A stretch of 64,000 nt of DNA, from the NCBI GenBank assembly GCA_040755995.1, contig JBFMAF010000032.1, forward strand, positions 33,296 through 97,295. The letters run 5' to 3'. The translations under genes and the position numbers were made by a program. The first letter of the stretch is position 1; every line of letters starts with the position of its first letter. The notes beneath the pieces are model-generated. The model was not told the origin of the DNA. It searched no databases and saw nothing but the letters and a program-made list of their open reading frames with translations. Below are positions 47,355-56,929 of the stretch, piece by piece. This DNA comes from Acidobacteriota bacterium. GTDB taxonomy: Bacteria; Acidobacteriota; CAIWXX01.

Positions 47355-48266
47355 ATGAAACCGACTGAGCTCGTCTACAGCTCGCATGATCGATGCGAAT
47401 ACCTCCACCGCGACTGGATGGTCATGCGCGCGCTGGAAAGCTACGACAACAGGACGATCTTCTATCTGCCCTTTTCGTCCGGTGCTTGGGCCGACCAGGA
47501 CTACAGCTGGGGCACGTTCTCATGGTATTTCGATCGCTTCGCGCCGGACGGACTGGTGCCGCGAAGCTTCTTCTGGAGCGAGGATCTGAAGCCGGAGGAC
47601 GCGGCGCTCTTCTTCCACTGGCTGGCCAACTCGGAAGTCGTGATACTCGGCGGCGGGAAGACGCGCACGGGCATCGAGCGTTACAATGGCATCGGAGAGC
47701 GCTTCTACGACGATCCCGAGCGATTCCTGCGGACGCTTCGAGAACGCCAGAGCAGCGGGAAGCTGACCGTGGGCTACTCCGCAGGTGCCGATCAGCTTTG
47801 CGAATACAGCGGCGATGACTCATCGCCGTGCTACGGCCTGATCCACAAGGTCGTCGTGCGGCTCCACTTCTCGCCCGGCGGCGAAGGCCACATCGAGCAC
47901 CTCGCACGCACTCACACTGACTGCCTTGCGTTCGGCCTGCCGAACGATTCCGGAATCGCCGCAAACCAGGGCTACACTTCACAAGGCACGTTCTGGCAGT
48001 ACATCCAGGTCATCACGGACAACTCGTGGGACAAACCTGAGGATCAGCACCACATCAAGACGCGGCAGGGTGTGAAGATCGAGCACCGGTATCCCGACGG
48101 GCGCGACTGGAAATTCAACGGAGGCGACTCGCTGCTCAGGCTGATTCATCGCGACGGCGGACAGGAGGCGTGGATCCGGCAGCCGCACGAACCGACGCTG
48201 CGGGATTACTGGAGCCACGAGCCGACAGAGTACCGGACCCCGGCGGAGATCGTAGGCTCGAGGTAG
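47355..48266 (+). CDS. Peptidase S51/class I glutamine amidotransferase-like protein
   Basis: VILGGG and nucleophile elbow VGYSAGA; later HF motif. Confidence 0.65.
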   Translation: MKPTELVYSSHDRCEYLHRDWMVMRALESYDNRTIFYLPFSSGAWADQDYSWGTFSWYFDRFAPDGLVPRSFFWSEDLKPEDAALFFHWLANSEVVILGGGKTRTGIERYNGIGERFYDDPERFLRTLRERQSSGKLTVGYSAGADQLCEYSGDDSSPCYGLIHKVVVRLHFSPGGEGHIEHLARTHTDCLAFGLPNDSGIAANQGYTSQGTFWQYIQVITDNSWDKPEDQHHIKTRQGVKIEHRYPDGRDWKFNGGDSLLRLIHRDGGQEAWIRQPHEPTLRDYWSHEPTEYRTPAEIVGSR

Positions 48267-48365
48267 GTAAGCCTGCCGCTCGAGAGGTCACCTGAAACCG
48301 GGGTGAGCGAGGTCTCCGCATCCGGCGCCGCACCGGCCCGGATCTCAAATTGATGAGAGGTTGAA

Positions 48366-51300
48366 ATGAATGGATTGAAGAGTGCGTGGGCCCGGTCCGT
48401 GCTCCTCGTCATGCTCACGCTTCTGACCTTCACGGCAGGCGGAGCGATATGGGCGGCGCCCGAAAGCAGCGACCAGCCTTTATCGCAAGAACCGCAGGTC
48501 CTCTTGGCACTGGTGCAGAAGCAGGGCCCGTCAGAGGGAGCGGACGTGGTCATCCTCAAGGACGAGGAGCGGTATCGATACGAGGCCGACGGCCGCACGA
48601 CATATACCGAGCACGTGATATACGGTGTCCTTACCAGCGACGGTGTCGCAGATTGGGCATCGGTAGGGTGCGAGTGGGAGCCGTGGCATCAGGATCGTCC
48701 GACAGTTGAGGCGCGTGTCATCACACCGGACGGCAAGGTGCACGCATTGGACGCAGCCACCGTGGTGGAAGTGCCCGTCAATCCCTACGTTCCCGACATC
48801 TACCTTGACCGCCGCGCCATCCAGGCGCCTCTCCCTGCGGTGACCGTGGGCGCGGTAGTCGAGCATGTCGTGAGGCTCGTGGACAAGACGCCCTATTTCG
48901 ACGCCGGCCATGCCGCGCGCGTGTTTCCACGCCGGTGGGTGCCCGTCGGGCAGTACCGGCTGGTGCTGGATGCGCCGGCCGGTCTGCCTCTGAAGTACCG
49001 GGTCAGGTCGATGCCGGATCTGACACCTCGGCGGGATGAAGCAGACCAACGCGTAACGTTGACGTTCGATGCCGGACCGATCGAAGCCTATGAAGACATA
49101 GAGACCATGTGCCCCCCAGAGGACTCACCGGTGCCGTGCGTGGTGTTCTCCACCGGGAAGAGCTGGCAGGACGTCGCCCGCAGCTATTACGACATGGTGG
49201 AGGCCGCCGTCAAGGGTGCCGATGTCTCCGCAATCGTCGATCCGATCGTGCGTGAGAATGCGGACGTGCGCAGCCGTGTGGATCAGCTCGCCGGCTGGCT
49301 CGCGCAGAACATCCGGTACACCGGAGTCGAGTTCGGCGAGAACTCCCTCGTCCCGCATGCCCTCGGCGACATACTCGCTCGGAAGTACGGCGACTGCAAA
49401 GACAAAGCGGCGCTGCTCGTCGCCATGCTTCGCGCCGCGGGACTGCCGGCTCACGTTGCGATCCTGGCCAGCCGCGCAAGCTACGAAGTGGAGCCGGACC
49501 TGCCGGGCATGGGCCTCTTCGACCACGCGATCGTCGTCGTGACCGGCGAGCAGTGGGTCTGGATCGATCCGACCGACGAGTACTCGCGCCCGGGGCACCT
49601 TCCTCCTGATGACCAGGGCCGCTGGGCACTCGTCATCCGCCCCGAGACTACCGGACTCGTTCGCACGCCCGAGTCGACTTCCGCCGACAATGAGCACTAC
49701 GAGACCCGCGAGTTCTACCTCGCCGAGACCGGCCGGGCGCGTGTCGTCGAGACGGTCGAACTGACCGGAGCCATCGAGGCGGATTACCGGAGTGACTACG
49801 ACGACCCGGATCCCAAGTCGGTGCGCGAGGCGCTGGAGTCCTATGTGAAGGATGAGTATACGGCCGATGAGCTCTTGAGCTACGACGTCGGCCGCAGCGA
49901 CGACCTCTCCGCGCACTTCAGAATGAAGATCGAGGCCGGAAAGGCCGGGCGCGGAGTCACCGAGTCCACCACGGCCGTGGTGGGTGTAATGCCGGCCTCG
50001 CTCACCGAGCATCTGCCCTACGTGATCACGGATTCGGAGGAGCCGGATCCCGATGCCGAGATGGAGACGCGGCAGCACGATCTGGTCTTGGATATCCCGT
50101 ACAGGGCCCAGTTCTGCTACCGCATCATCCCGCCGCCGGGCTTCAAAGCTGCGCCGCTGCCCGAGAACCACGAGGAGTGGCTTGGGCCGGTCCTGTATGC
50201 GAGACGGTTCACGCTGGAGCCAGATGGAACCGTCACGGCGATTGTCGAGCTCGATACGGTCAAGCGCAGGTTCACTCCTCACGAGGTGATCGCGCTGCAG
50301 GACAAGGTACGAGAGCTGACCCAGGCGGACGGCATCATAGTGTCGTTCGACCAGATTGGCGAATCCTTGCTGGCGCGCGGGCAGGTGCGCGAAGCGCTTT
50401 CCGAATTCCAGAAGCTGGCCGCCTTGCATCCGACCGAGGCGCTCCACCAGACGCAGATCGCGCGAGCGCTGCTCGAAGCAGGATTCGGCCGGGCCGCCGC
50501 GGGCGCGGCCAGAAAGGCGACTGAGTTGGAGCCGAAGTCGGGGCTGGCCTACGCTACCCTCGGCACCGTTCTCTCGCATGATCAGTTCGGCCGGCAGTTT
50601 GAAGAGGGCTTCGATCGGAAGGGCGCCGAGGAAGCCTATCGCAAGGCCGTCGAGCTGGAGCCCGACGACCTCAATCATAAGGTCAACCTCGCGATCGTGC
50701 TCGAACACGATGCCACCGGCGTTCGCTACAGCCGAGATGCCGACCTCGACGCCGCCATCAAGATCTATCAATCGATCCGCAAGGATCTGGAAGGGACCAC
50801 CTACCGGCACAACCTGCCGATCGCCTGCATGTGGGCCAAGAGATTCGATGACCTGAAGGAGCTGTACCGGCGTCGAGCTTCGGGGAAGGGCGAGGAGGAA
50901 TATGTGCTGCTGGCAATCGCCGCCACGGATGGGATCGAGGCTGCGATCAAGGAAGCGTCGCGCCTCTGCCCGGCCGCCGGCGACCGGAACAGCTCGCTGT
51001 TCACGGCCGGGACTCTGCTGCTCAACCTGCGGCTCTACCCGCAGGCCGCCGCGCTTCTCAGAGCGGGTGCCGCCGCGTCCCCCAATGTGTCCGCCACGCT
51101 GGCGCTGGCAGACAGGTTGCCCACCATGACTGCACTGACGTACGCCGAGTCCTTCGAGAATACCCCCACTGGGGTCGTGCGCCAATTCCTACTCGGCTCA
51201 TTCCAGAGAATACCGTTCAAGAAGCTCCGGGAACTCCTCGCCGACGAGATGCTCGAAGACGTCAGTACGGAGGAAGAGGCGATGAAGGCAGAGCGACAAC

Positions 51301-52526
51301 TACGGTCCGGCTTGAAGAGACTGGAGAAGACACAGCTCCCGCTTGAAGTAGTGGGCGACCTCATGGTCTCGATGGCGCAGTTCTCCCCCGACGGCAGTGA
51401 CGAGCTCGGGTGGCGCATCCGCATCTTCATTCCGGAGTCTCCAGGGGTGCGCAACCTGCTCATGTACGTAGTGAAGGACAGCGGGCGCTACAGGATTCTC
51501 GCTGATCGTTCAGACCTCATACCGGTTGGACGGCATGTGCTGAACCTGGTCAAGCGAGGTGAAGTGGACGCCGCCAGAAAGTGGCTGGATTGGGTGCGCG
51601 AGGAGACGGAGGCCCCGGGAGGAGACGATCCGCTCGACGGCAGCTCACTCCCACGATTCTGGTCGGTGGGCGACACCGGCGGCCCGGATGCCATTCGATG
51701 GGCCGCGGCGACGCTGTTTCTTGCGAGGGCCGACGAACCGGGGATCGCGGACGGCGCGATTGCCATCCTGGAAAAGGGCGCCGTCCAGGCCGCCGACGAG
51801 GCCGCCCAGACCAGGTGTGAGCTTGCGCTGTCGGTCGGATACCTCGCGAGCGCGCGCTTCGAACCAATGCTCAAGACGGCCAGCCGTCTGCATCAGAGAT
51901 ACCCCGATTCCGAGAGGGCACTTCTGCTCAATGCGTGGGCGCTCGACGGAAGCGGGAGGCCGGCGGATGCGGAGCAGTTGCTGAGGGAGTACATCGCCCG
52001 CAAGCCGCGCAGCGTCTCGGCAAGACGAGTGCTCGCCGACACCCTGCTGCAATCCGGCCGCGCCGCCGAAGCGGTGCGGGAACTGCAGGCGCAGGTCGAG
52101 TCCGGGCTGGGCGACGGCCTCGACATCAACAACGCCGCCTGGTACTCGCTCTTCAATGAGAGCACCCGGAGCGAAGGTGTTGCTCTGGCACAGAAGCTCG
52201 CCTCCTCGACTTCGGAAGGCGGCGGGAGGAACGTCCACACGCTGGCGACTGTAATGGCCGATGCGGGGCGTCTGGACGAGGCACGGAGCGCTTTCCTGAA
52301 GTACATCGATCAGGACCTCACGGAAGAAGTGATGTCCAACGCACTGCTCATCTACGGCCGGATGGCCGAACAGTACGGCCTCAAGGATCTGGCGACCGAA
52401 TCCTACCGAGCAGTCAAGAAACCCGATCAACCTCTGCGGCTCGAATCGTCGAGCTTCGTCCTGGCACAACGATGGTTCGCTCGGATCAGCGGCGAATCCG
52501 CGCCTGCGGCCCAATCGGGGCGGTAG
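48366..52526 (+). CDS. DUF3857 + transglutaminase-like + TPR protein, secreted
   Basis: IRYTGVEFG, YGDCKDKA, FDHAI, WIDPT triad; multiple TPRs. Confidence 0.9.
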   Translation: MNGLKSAWARSVLLVMLTLLTFTAGGAIWAAPESSDQPLSQEPQVLLALVQKQGPSEGADVVILKDEERYRYEADGRTTYTEHVIYGVLTSDGVADWASVGCEWEPWHQDRPTVEARVITPDGKVHALDAATVVEVPVNPYVPDIYLDRRAIQAPLPAVTVGAVVEHVVRLVDKTPYFDAGHAARVFPRRWVPVGQYRLVLDAPAGLPLKYRVRSMPDLTPRRDEADQRVTLTFDAGPIEAYEDIETMCPPEDSPVPCVVFSTGKSWQDVARSYYDMVEAAVKGADVSAIVDPIVRENADVRSRVDQLAGWLAQNIRYTGVEFGENSLVPHALGDILARKYGDCKDKAALLVAMLRAAGLPAHVAILASRASYEVEPDLPGMGLFDHAIVVVTGEQWVWIDPTDEYSRPGHLPPDDQGRWALVIRPETTGLVRTPESTSADNEHYETREFYLAETGRARVVETVELTGAIEADYRSDYDDPDPKSVREALESYVKDEYTADELLSYDVGRSDDLSAHFRMKIEAGKAGRGVTESTTAVVGVMPASLTEHLPYVITDSEEPDPDAEMETRQHDLVLDIPYRAQFCYRIIPPPGFKAAPLPENHEEWLGPVLYARRFTLEPDGTVTAIVELDTVKRRFTPHEVIALQDKVRELTQADGIIVSFDQIGESLLARGQVREALSEFQKLAALHPTEALHQTQIARALLEAGFGRAAAGAARKATELEPKSGLAYATLGTVLSHDQFGRQFEEGFDRKGAEEAYRKAVELEPDDLNHKVNLAIVLEHDATGVRYSRDADLDAAIKIYQSIRKDLEGTTYRHNLPIACMWAKRFDDLKELYRRRASGKGEEEYVLLAIAATDGIEAAIKEASRLCPAAGDRNSSLFTAGTLLLNLRLYPQAAALLRAGAAASPNVSATLALADRLPTMTALTYAESFENTPTGVVRQFLLGSFQRIPFKKLRELLADEMLEDVSTEEEAMKAERQLRSGLKRLEKTQLPLEVVGDLMVSMAQFSPDGSDELGWRIRIFIPESPGVRNLLMYVVKDSGRYRILADRSDLIPVGRHVLNLVKRGEVDAARKWLDWVREETEAPGGDDPLDGSSLPRFWSVGDTGGPDAIRWAAATLFLARADEPGIADGAIAILEKGAVQAADEAAQTRCELALSVGYLASARFEPMLKTASRLHQRYPDSERALLLNAWALDGSGRPADAEQLLREYIARKPRSVSARRVLADTLLQSGRAAEAVRELQAQVESGLGDGLDINNAAWYSLFNESTRSEGVALAQKLASSTSEGGGRNVHTLATVMADAGRLDEARSAFLKYIDQDLTEEVMSNALLIYGRMAEQYGLKDLATESYRAVKKPDQPLRLESSSFVLAQRWFARISGESAPAAQSGR

Positions 52527-52580
52527 TCAGATGGGCTCGGTTATCCGCGACTCCTCGTCCCGCGGAACGAACTCCAGATC

Positions 52581-53543
52581 ATGATCTTCGACGGACTCGC
52601 TGAATATCTGATGCCGCTGGCTACGGTGGCGTCGAGTTTCGCGCGACTCGACACGCAACGCACGATGCTGCAGGATCGCGTTCGAGTCCTGGGGCTGCGG
52701 CTGGCGATCGAACGCGCCGTGCGTCCGGGCGACGTGGTCGTCGAGATCGGCACGGGCACGGGGCTCCTGGCGATCTTCGCGGCACGGGCGGGCGCCCGCA
52801 AGGTCTATGCGATCGAGATGACGGAGATGTGCGAGGTCGCGCGGGACGCCGCGCGAAGGAACGGATTCGGCGCCCAGATCGAGGTCATCGAGGGCCGGAG
52901 TGACGAGGCGGAGCTTCCGGAGCGCGGCGACGTGCTGATCAGCGAGACGATGGGACACCTGGGCATAGATGAGGGCATCGTCCAGACCGTGGCCGACGCG
53001 CGCCGGCGTCTACTGAAGCCCCAGCCCAGACTGGTGCCCAAGACAATCGATATCTGCCTCGTCCCCACTGCGGACCGGTCGGTGCACGAGCGCGAGATCA
53101 CGTTCTGGCGCGAGCCGCTGGCCGGTGTCGATTTCAGCGGCGCGGCGCGCATGGCCGCCGGACGCGTCTATCTGCGGCGCGTGTTCGACAACGAGATGTT
53201 GGCGCCCGCGCGTGTGGCCGCGCATATAGACCTGGCTGCCGCCGAGGAGCCTCCCAGATGTTTCGATACGGGTTTCCTCGCCGGCAGGGACGGCGAGATC
53301 ACCGGGCTGGCGGCCTGGTTCGAGAGCGAGCTGTACGACGGCGTGCCGCTCAATTCGCGCGCAACAACGAGTTGGTACCCGCTGCTCTTCCCGATCGACC
53401 CAACGCTGCCCGTGACGGCCGGCGGTGAGATCATCGCGCACCTGGCCGTTCGAGACGCAGGCGCCGAGGCCGCCTGGTCGTGGCGGATCAGCAGCGCAGG
53501 TGTCGAGCGCGAAGGCGGCCGGAGGCCTGTCGCGGAAGCATGA
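52581..53543 (+). CDS. Class I SAM methyltransferase with PRMT-like architecture
   Basis: MLQDRVR, VVEIGTGTGLL, VYAIE, DVLISETMGHLGIDE, GLAAWFESEL, TSWYPLLFP. Confidence 0.8.
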   Translation: MIFDGLAEYLMPLATVASSFARLDTQRTMLQDRVRVLGLRLAIERAVRPGDVVVEIGTGTGLLAIFAARAGARKVYAIEMTEMCEVARDAARRNGFGAQIEVIEGRSDEAELPERGDVLISETMGHLGIDEGIVQTVADARRRLLKPQPRLVPKTIDICLVPTADRSVHEREITFWREPLAGVDFSGAARMAAGRVYLRRVFDNEMLAPARVAAHIDLAAAEEPPRCFDTGFLAGRDGEITGLAAWFESELYDGVPLNSRATTSWYPLLFPIDPTLPVTAGGEIIAHLAVRDAGAEAAWSWRISSAGVEREGGRRPVAEA

Positions 53544-53767
53544 CGTCCGCAGCGTTGTGCTCTTCGGGCTTGTGGCCGCGGAGTCATCGGTTCGTGGCGT
53601 CGAGTATGGGGGCGACCCGGCGTGCGTTGGCATGAATCTGCGCAGCGCCACTCCCGCATTTGACGGGGACTTGTGCCTTATACACTCATGAGTATGATCC
53701 TTGTGAGTATATTCGCCGGAGGCCGCGCATGCCGTTCAACGGCGCCGCTACAATGTGCTCCGCTCGA

Positions 53768-54454
53768 TCAGCGATCCCCTTTCTCGAGGATGTGCAGGCG
53801 GCAGGTCGATCGAAACCGGTAATCGCCGAAACGCTGTCCACTCTCCGCGGCCAGGCGCTCGGTCGCGATCCTCGCTTGCCTCAGAGCCGTTTCCCTCTTG
53901 TTTTCATCATCGACGAAGGTGTTGAGGAGACGCACGTAGTCTTCGAAGGACCTCTCGATGAAGAAGAGCTCCTCTTTCACCGCCCGCATGCCGAGCCTGG
54001 TGCCGTCGCGGATCGCCGCGTGTGCCAGCTTCTGAATCTCGGCCTCGTCTTCGACCAGTCGCACAATCTCGTAGTATGAGCCGGGCTGCGCGACAGGTTC
54101 GATGAAGACCGCGTGTCCGCCGGGCTTGAGCACTCGACGACATTCCGACAGCGCATCGGCGAGCCGCTCTGGGGGCGCATGGTGGAGGCTGGCGAAGTAG
54201 ATGATCAGATCGGCACACTCGTCCTCGAGCGGCAGCTTCTCGGCACCTCCCGTCATGTACTTCTCGCCGCCTGCTCTCGGCGAAGACTCGCCTTTCTCGA
54301 GCATCTGCGGAGTGTCCAACCCGGTAACGTTCGCTCCCTGACCAGTCAGCCAGCGGACCAGTTCGCCCGTGCCGCAGCCGACGTCGACGACCGACCTCCC
54401 GGCGAATGAGAAGTTCTCTGCCAGTATTTCCCAATTTGTGCTCACCTGTCTCAT
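53768..54454 (-). CDS. Class I SAM-dependent methyltransferase (Methyltransf_11-like)
   Basis: VVDVGCGTG, GGAEKLPL, SLHH, RVLKPGG; AAGGGAG RBS. Confidence 0.87.
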   Translation of the reverse strand: MRQVSTNWEILAENFSFAGRSVVDVGCGTGELVRWLTGQGANVTGLDTPQMLEKGESSPRAGGEKYMTGGAEKLPLEDECADLIIYFASLHHAPPERLADALSECRRVLKPGGHAVFIEPVAQPGSYYEIVRLVEDEAEIQKLAHAAIRDGTRLGMRAVKEELFFIERSFEDYVRLLNTFVDDENKRETALRQARIATERLAAESGQRFGDYRFRSTCRLHILEKGDR

Positions 54455-54519
54455 GCGGACTCCCTTCTGCGACAACCACTTCGGCATTCTACACCCGCCC
54501 GGCCGCCACACCACCTCAC

Positions 54520-54871
54520 TGGCCGGCGCGCCGTCTTTCGCCCCGAGCTCTGCCGCATCCACGAGGATCGGGGGCGGGTTCTGGTCTACGCGTTCGGCCG
54601 CCGTCGAGGTTCTACTCTCTCGATCGGACCGTGGTACGTACATGAACGAACCGGCGACCCGGCTGCGCTCGTCGAGGCGATCGCCGCGGACAACCCGGAT
54701 TCCAGCGTGGCACTGGGTGTGCTCGAGAGCAACCACGCGGCCATTGAGCTGCTCAGAGGCCTGGGCATGACCGAACGCCCCGAGCCCCCGTGGCGCATGG
54801 TCCTCGGGGCGTCCGAGCGGCTTGGGCAATCCGACCGGCTGTTCGCCATCGGGACGCCCGCCAAGGGATAG
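54520..54871 (+). pseudogene. 5'-truncated remnant of a two-domain GNAT acetyltransferase (C-terminal domain)
   Basis: RPELCRIHEDRGRVLVYAFGRRRGSTLSIGPW..NHAAIELL..WRMVLG..FAIGTPAKG*; no upstream start. Confidence 0.6.
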
Positions 54872-54963
54872 CAGGCGGCCTCTCGACTAAACGCGAGAGG
54901 CTCACCGCCGGCTGCGGGCCCGGGATACGCTGAAGGGAAACGCCCGCCCGAATCCGATCCCTC

Positions 54964-55078
54964 TTGACATCGCGGCACCTCACGCCTACATTTCAATCGT
55001 GATCCACCGACCATCGCCGCAAGACCCCAGTCGGATCTGTCCATCCTCCGTCCCCGCGGTCGGAGGATGGCTTTCTGT
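54964..55078 (+). promoter_or_regulatory. Sigma70 promoter followed by a leader with terminator/antiterminator alternatives
   Basis: TTGACA-17-TACATT; hairpin CCATCCTCCG-N10-CGGAGGATGG+CTTTCT; 55002-55012 complementary to 55058-55068. Confidence 0.55.
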
Positions 55079-55097
55079 GCCCCCGTCTCCATGCCGC

Positions 55098-55119
55098 AAT
55101 TACTACTTCAGTAGTAATT
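55098..55119. promoter_or_regulatory. Palindrome matching the 16159 operator
   Basis: AATTACTAC-TTCA-GTAGTAATT. Confidence 0.6.
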
Positions 55120-55136
55120 CGCCCATCGGGTCGGCG

Positions 55137-55826
55137 ATGCAAGTTCTCATGACTCAAGTTCCGACTCGACCTTCCACTTCACCGTCAACGCTGCCGGAAG
55201 CTTTCGACCTGCCCGCGTGCGATTCCGTGCGTCCTCGCAGGGTATGGCCGCGATGCTATGCGGTAGCCGCACTCTTGCTGGCATGCCTCCTATCCCTCTC
55301 CTGCGCGCCGCGGACGACAGAGCCTCGTCAGGCGATCCGCATCGCCGTGCCCTACGAGATCGAGACTCTCGACCCACACGCCGAGGCGAAACTCGGGAAC
55401 GTCTCGGTCCTTTCGAACATATATGACCCATTGGTAACGACAGACGCAGGAATGCGAGTCCAGCCCTGCCTTGCCACCAGCTGGGAGACCCCGAATTCGC
55501 AGACCTGGATACTGCACCTCCGGCCGTCGGTTTCGTTCCACAGCGGCAGGTCCCTGAGAGCAGCCGACGTCCTCTATTCACTCAACAGGGTGCTGCACGA
55601 CAGCGCGTTGGGCATGAGCAGCACCTTGGTCGATGTAACCCGTGTGAGACAGATCGACGATCTTACGGTGGAGATCAGGACCTCGCGCCCGCGACACCTC
55701 AGGATCGGAGCGCCGCTTGCGAGTCGCGGCACCAGGCCGTCGCCAAACCCCGAGCCCGCCGGTCAGCACCGAAACCAAGGTCATGGAATCGATGCACCCA
55801 TGCCGCGATGGGCGTCGCGCCTGTAG
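55137..55826 (+). pseudogene. Truncated family 5 (peptide/nickel) ABC substrate-binding lipoprotein
   Basis: Lipobox LSC, TLDPH, NIYDPLV, PCLATSWE, LRPSVSFHSG, ADVLYSL; similarity lost after VEIRTSRP (about 55690); far shorter than a full SBP. Confidence 0.75.
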
Positions 55827-55904
55827 ACTTCACTACGATGGTGGTATTCCTGGTGCCGAGCCGGAAAGGCGGGCTCCAGTTCAACTCGCCATAAGGAGGC
55901 AATC

Positions 55905-56246
55905 ATGAAGGCATCTCTCGGTATCGTCCCTGGGCTGGCGGTGACGGCCGGGCTATCGATGGCCACGGCCGGGAGTGCACAGCAAACGCTGTCCTTCGCC
56001 GATGTCCTTCGGCAAATGGACCGGAACAGCGACAACCGGATCAGCATCACGGAGTGGAAGGGAGACAGCCTCGCTAGAAGTGGTAGCACTACGCTCGCTC
56101 AGAGCAAGAGCGTCGTCATGTGCGCCCGCGTGTTGCTGTGGAGCACGCAACCGCGAGATCGAACAACGTGGGCGCCGGAACCGCACGTTACTGCGGGGGC
56201 GCCAAGACCCTGGCCCAGTGGCTCTGGACGGCAGCAGGGTGTTTGA
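55905..56246 (+). pseudogene. Secreted EF-hand protein, probably truncated
   Basis: AAGGAGG RBS, signal peptide, one EF-hand MDRNSDNRISITEW, then non-protein-like tail. Confidence 0.5.
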
Positions 56247-56419
56247 AATGCGGCCCGAGGCTGACCAGTCGTTTGCTGGCCGCCGGGAGTTCTTCAGTTT
56301 CCATCAAGACAGAAACGCATTCGGGCACACTGTTGCTTATCCTGCAATGCGATGGCGTCTTACCCGGGCCTGAGGCCTGAACGCCCTCCCTCCGCGGCCT
56401 GCAACCGGCATCCCGCTGC

Positions 56420-56929
56420 TCAGGCCGGCGCGAATTCCACGTCGTCCAGCCTGCCGACGCGGACGTCGCGGAAACGCGGCTGCACGCGGGTGCCGGACGA
56501 TGGAGCTGGCCCGGCGATGCTCACGAGCATGGCCGTGTCGCAGCCGTCGAGGCGCACGTAGGCGCACGAGAAAGGCGGCTTCCCGCCGGAGGCGCTTGAT
56601 CCGAAATGAAGCGTGGTTGACGCCACGACCGTCCCCATCGGACCGACTTCGACCCAGTCGCATGCCCCGCGACACTCCGTGCAGTGCGGGCGCGGCGGAA
56701 GCGTGACCTCGCCGCAGCGCGGGCACCGGGTCGCCAGAAAGCGCTTTTCGTCACGCAGCGCGCGAAAGAACGGCGTGAACTCAGCGCACGAGTACTTGTA
56801 CGTCACGTCCATTCTATCGGGGATCTCGAGTGGCGCTTCGGGCTGCTCGGCGGCTCCGAAGGCGCGGGCAAGGGCTTCAACGGGCAGTCCGGTTCTCGCG
56901 GCGTGGGCTCGAATCTGTTCTTCCGTCAT
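56420..56929 (-). CDS. DUF35 Zn-ribbon/OB-fold protein
   Basis: CPRC..PPRPHCTEC, WVEVGPMGTV, VRLDG. Confidence 0.9.
   Translation of the reverse strand: MTEEQIRAHAARTGLPVEALARAFGAAEQPEAPLEIPDRMDVTYKYSCAEFTPFFRALRDEKRFLATRCPRCGEVTLPPRPHCTECRGACDWVEVGPMGTVVASTTLHFGSSASGGKPPFSCAYVRLDGCDTAMLVSIAGPAPSSGTRVQPRFRDVRVGRLDDVEFAPA

Noticed and set aside
53679..53712. AT-rich palindrome ACTCATGAGT with repeated TGAGTAT
   Set aside because: Lies between convergent genes with no clear promoter or target
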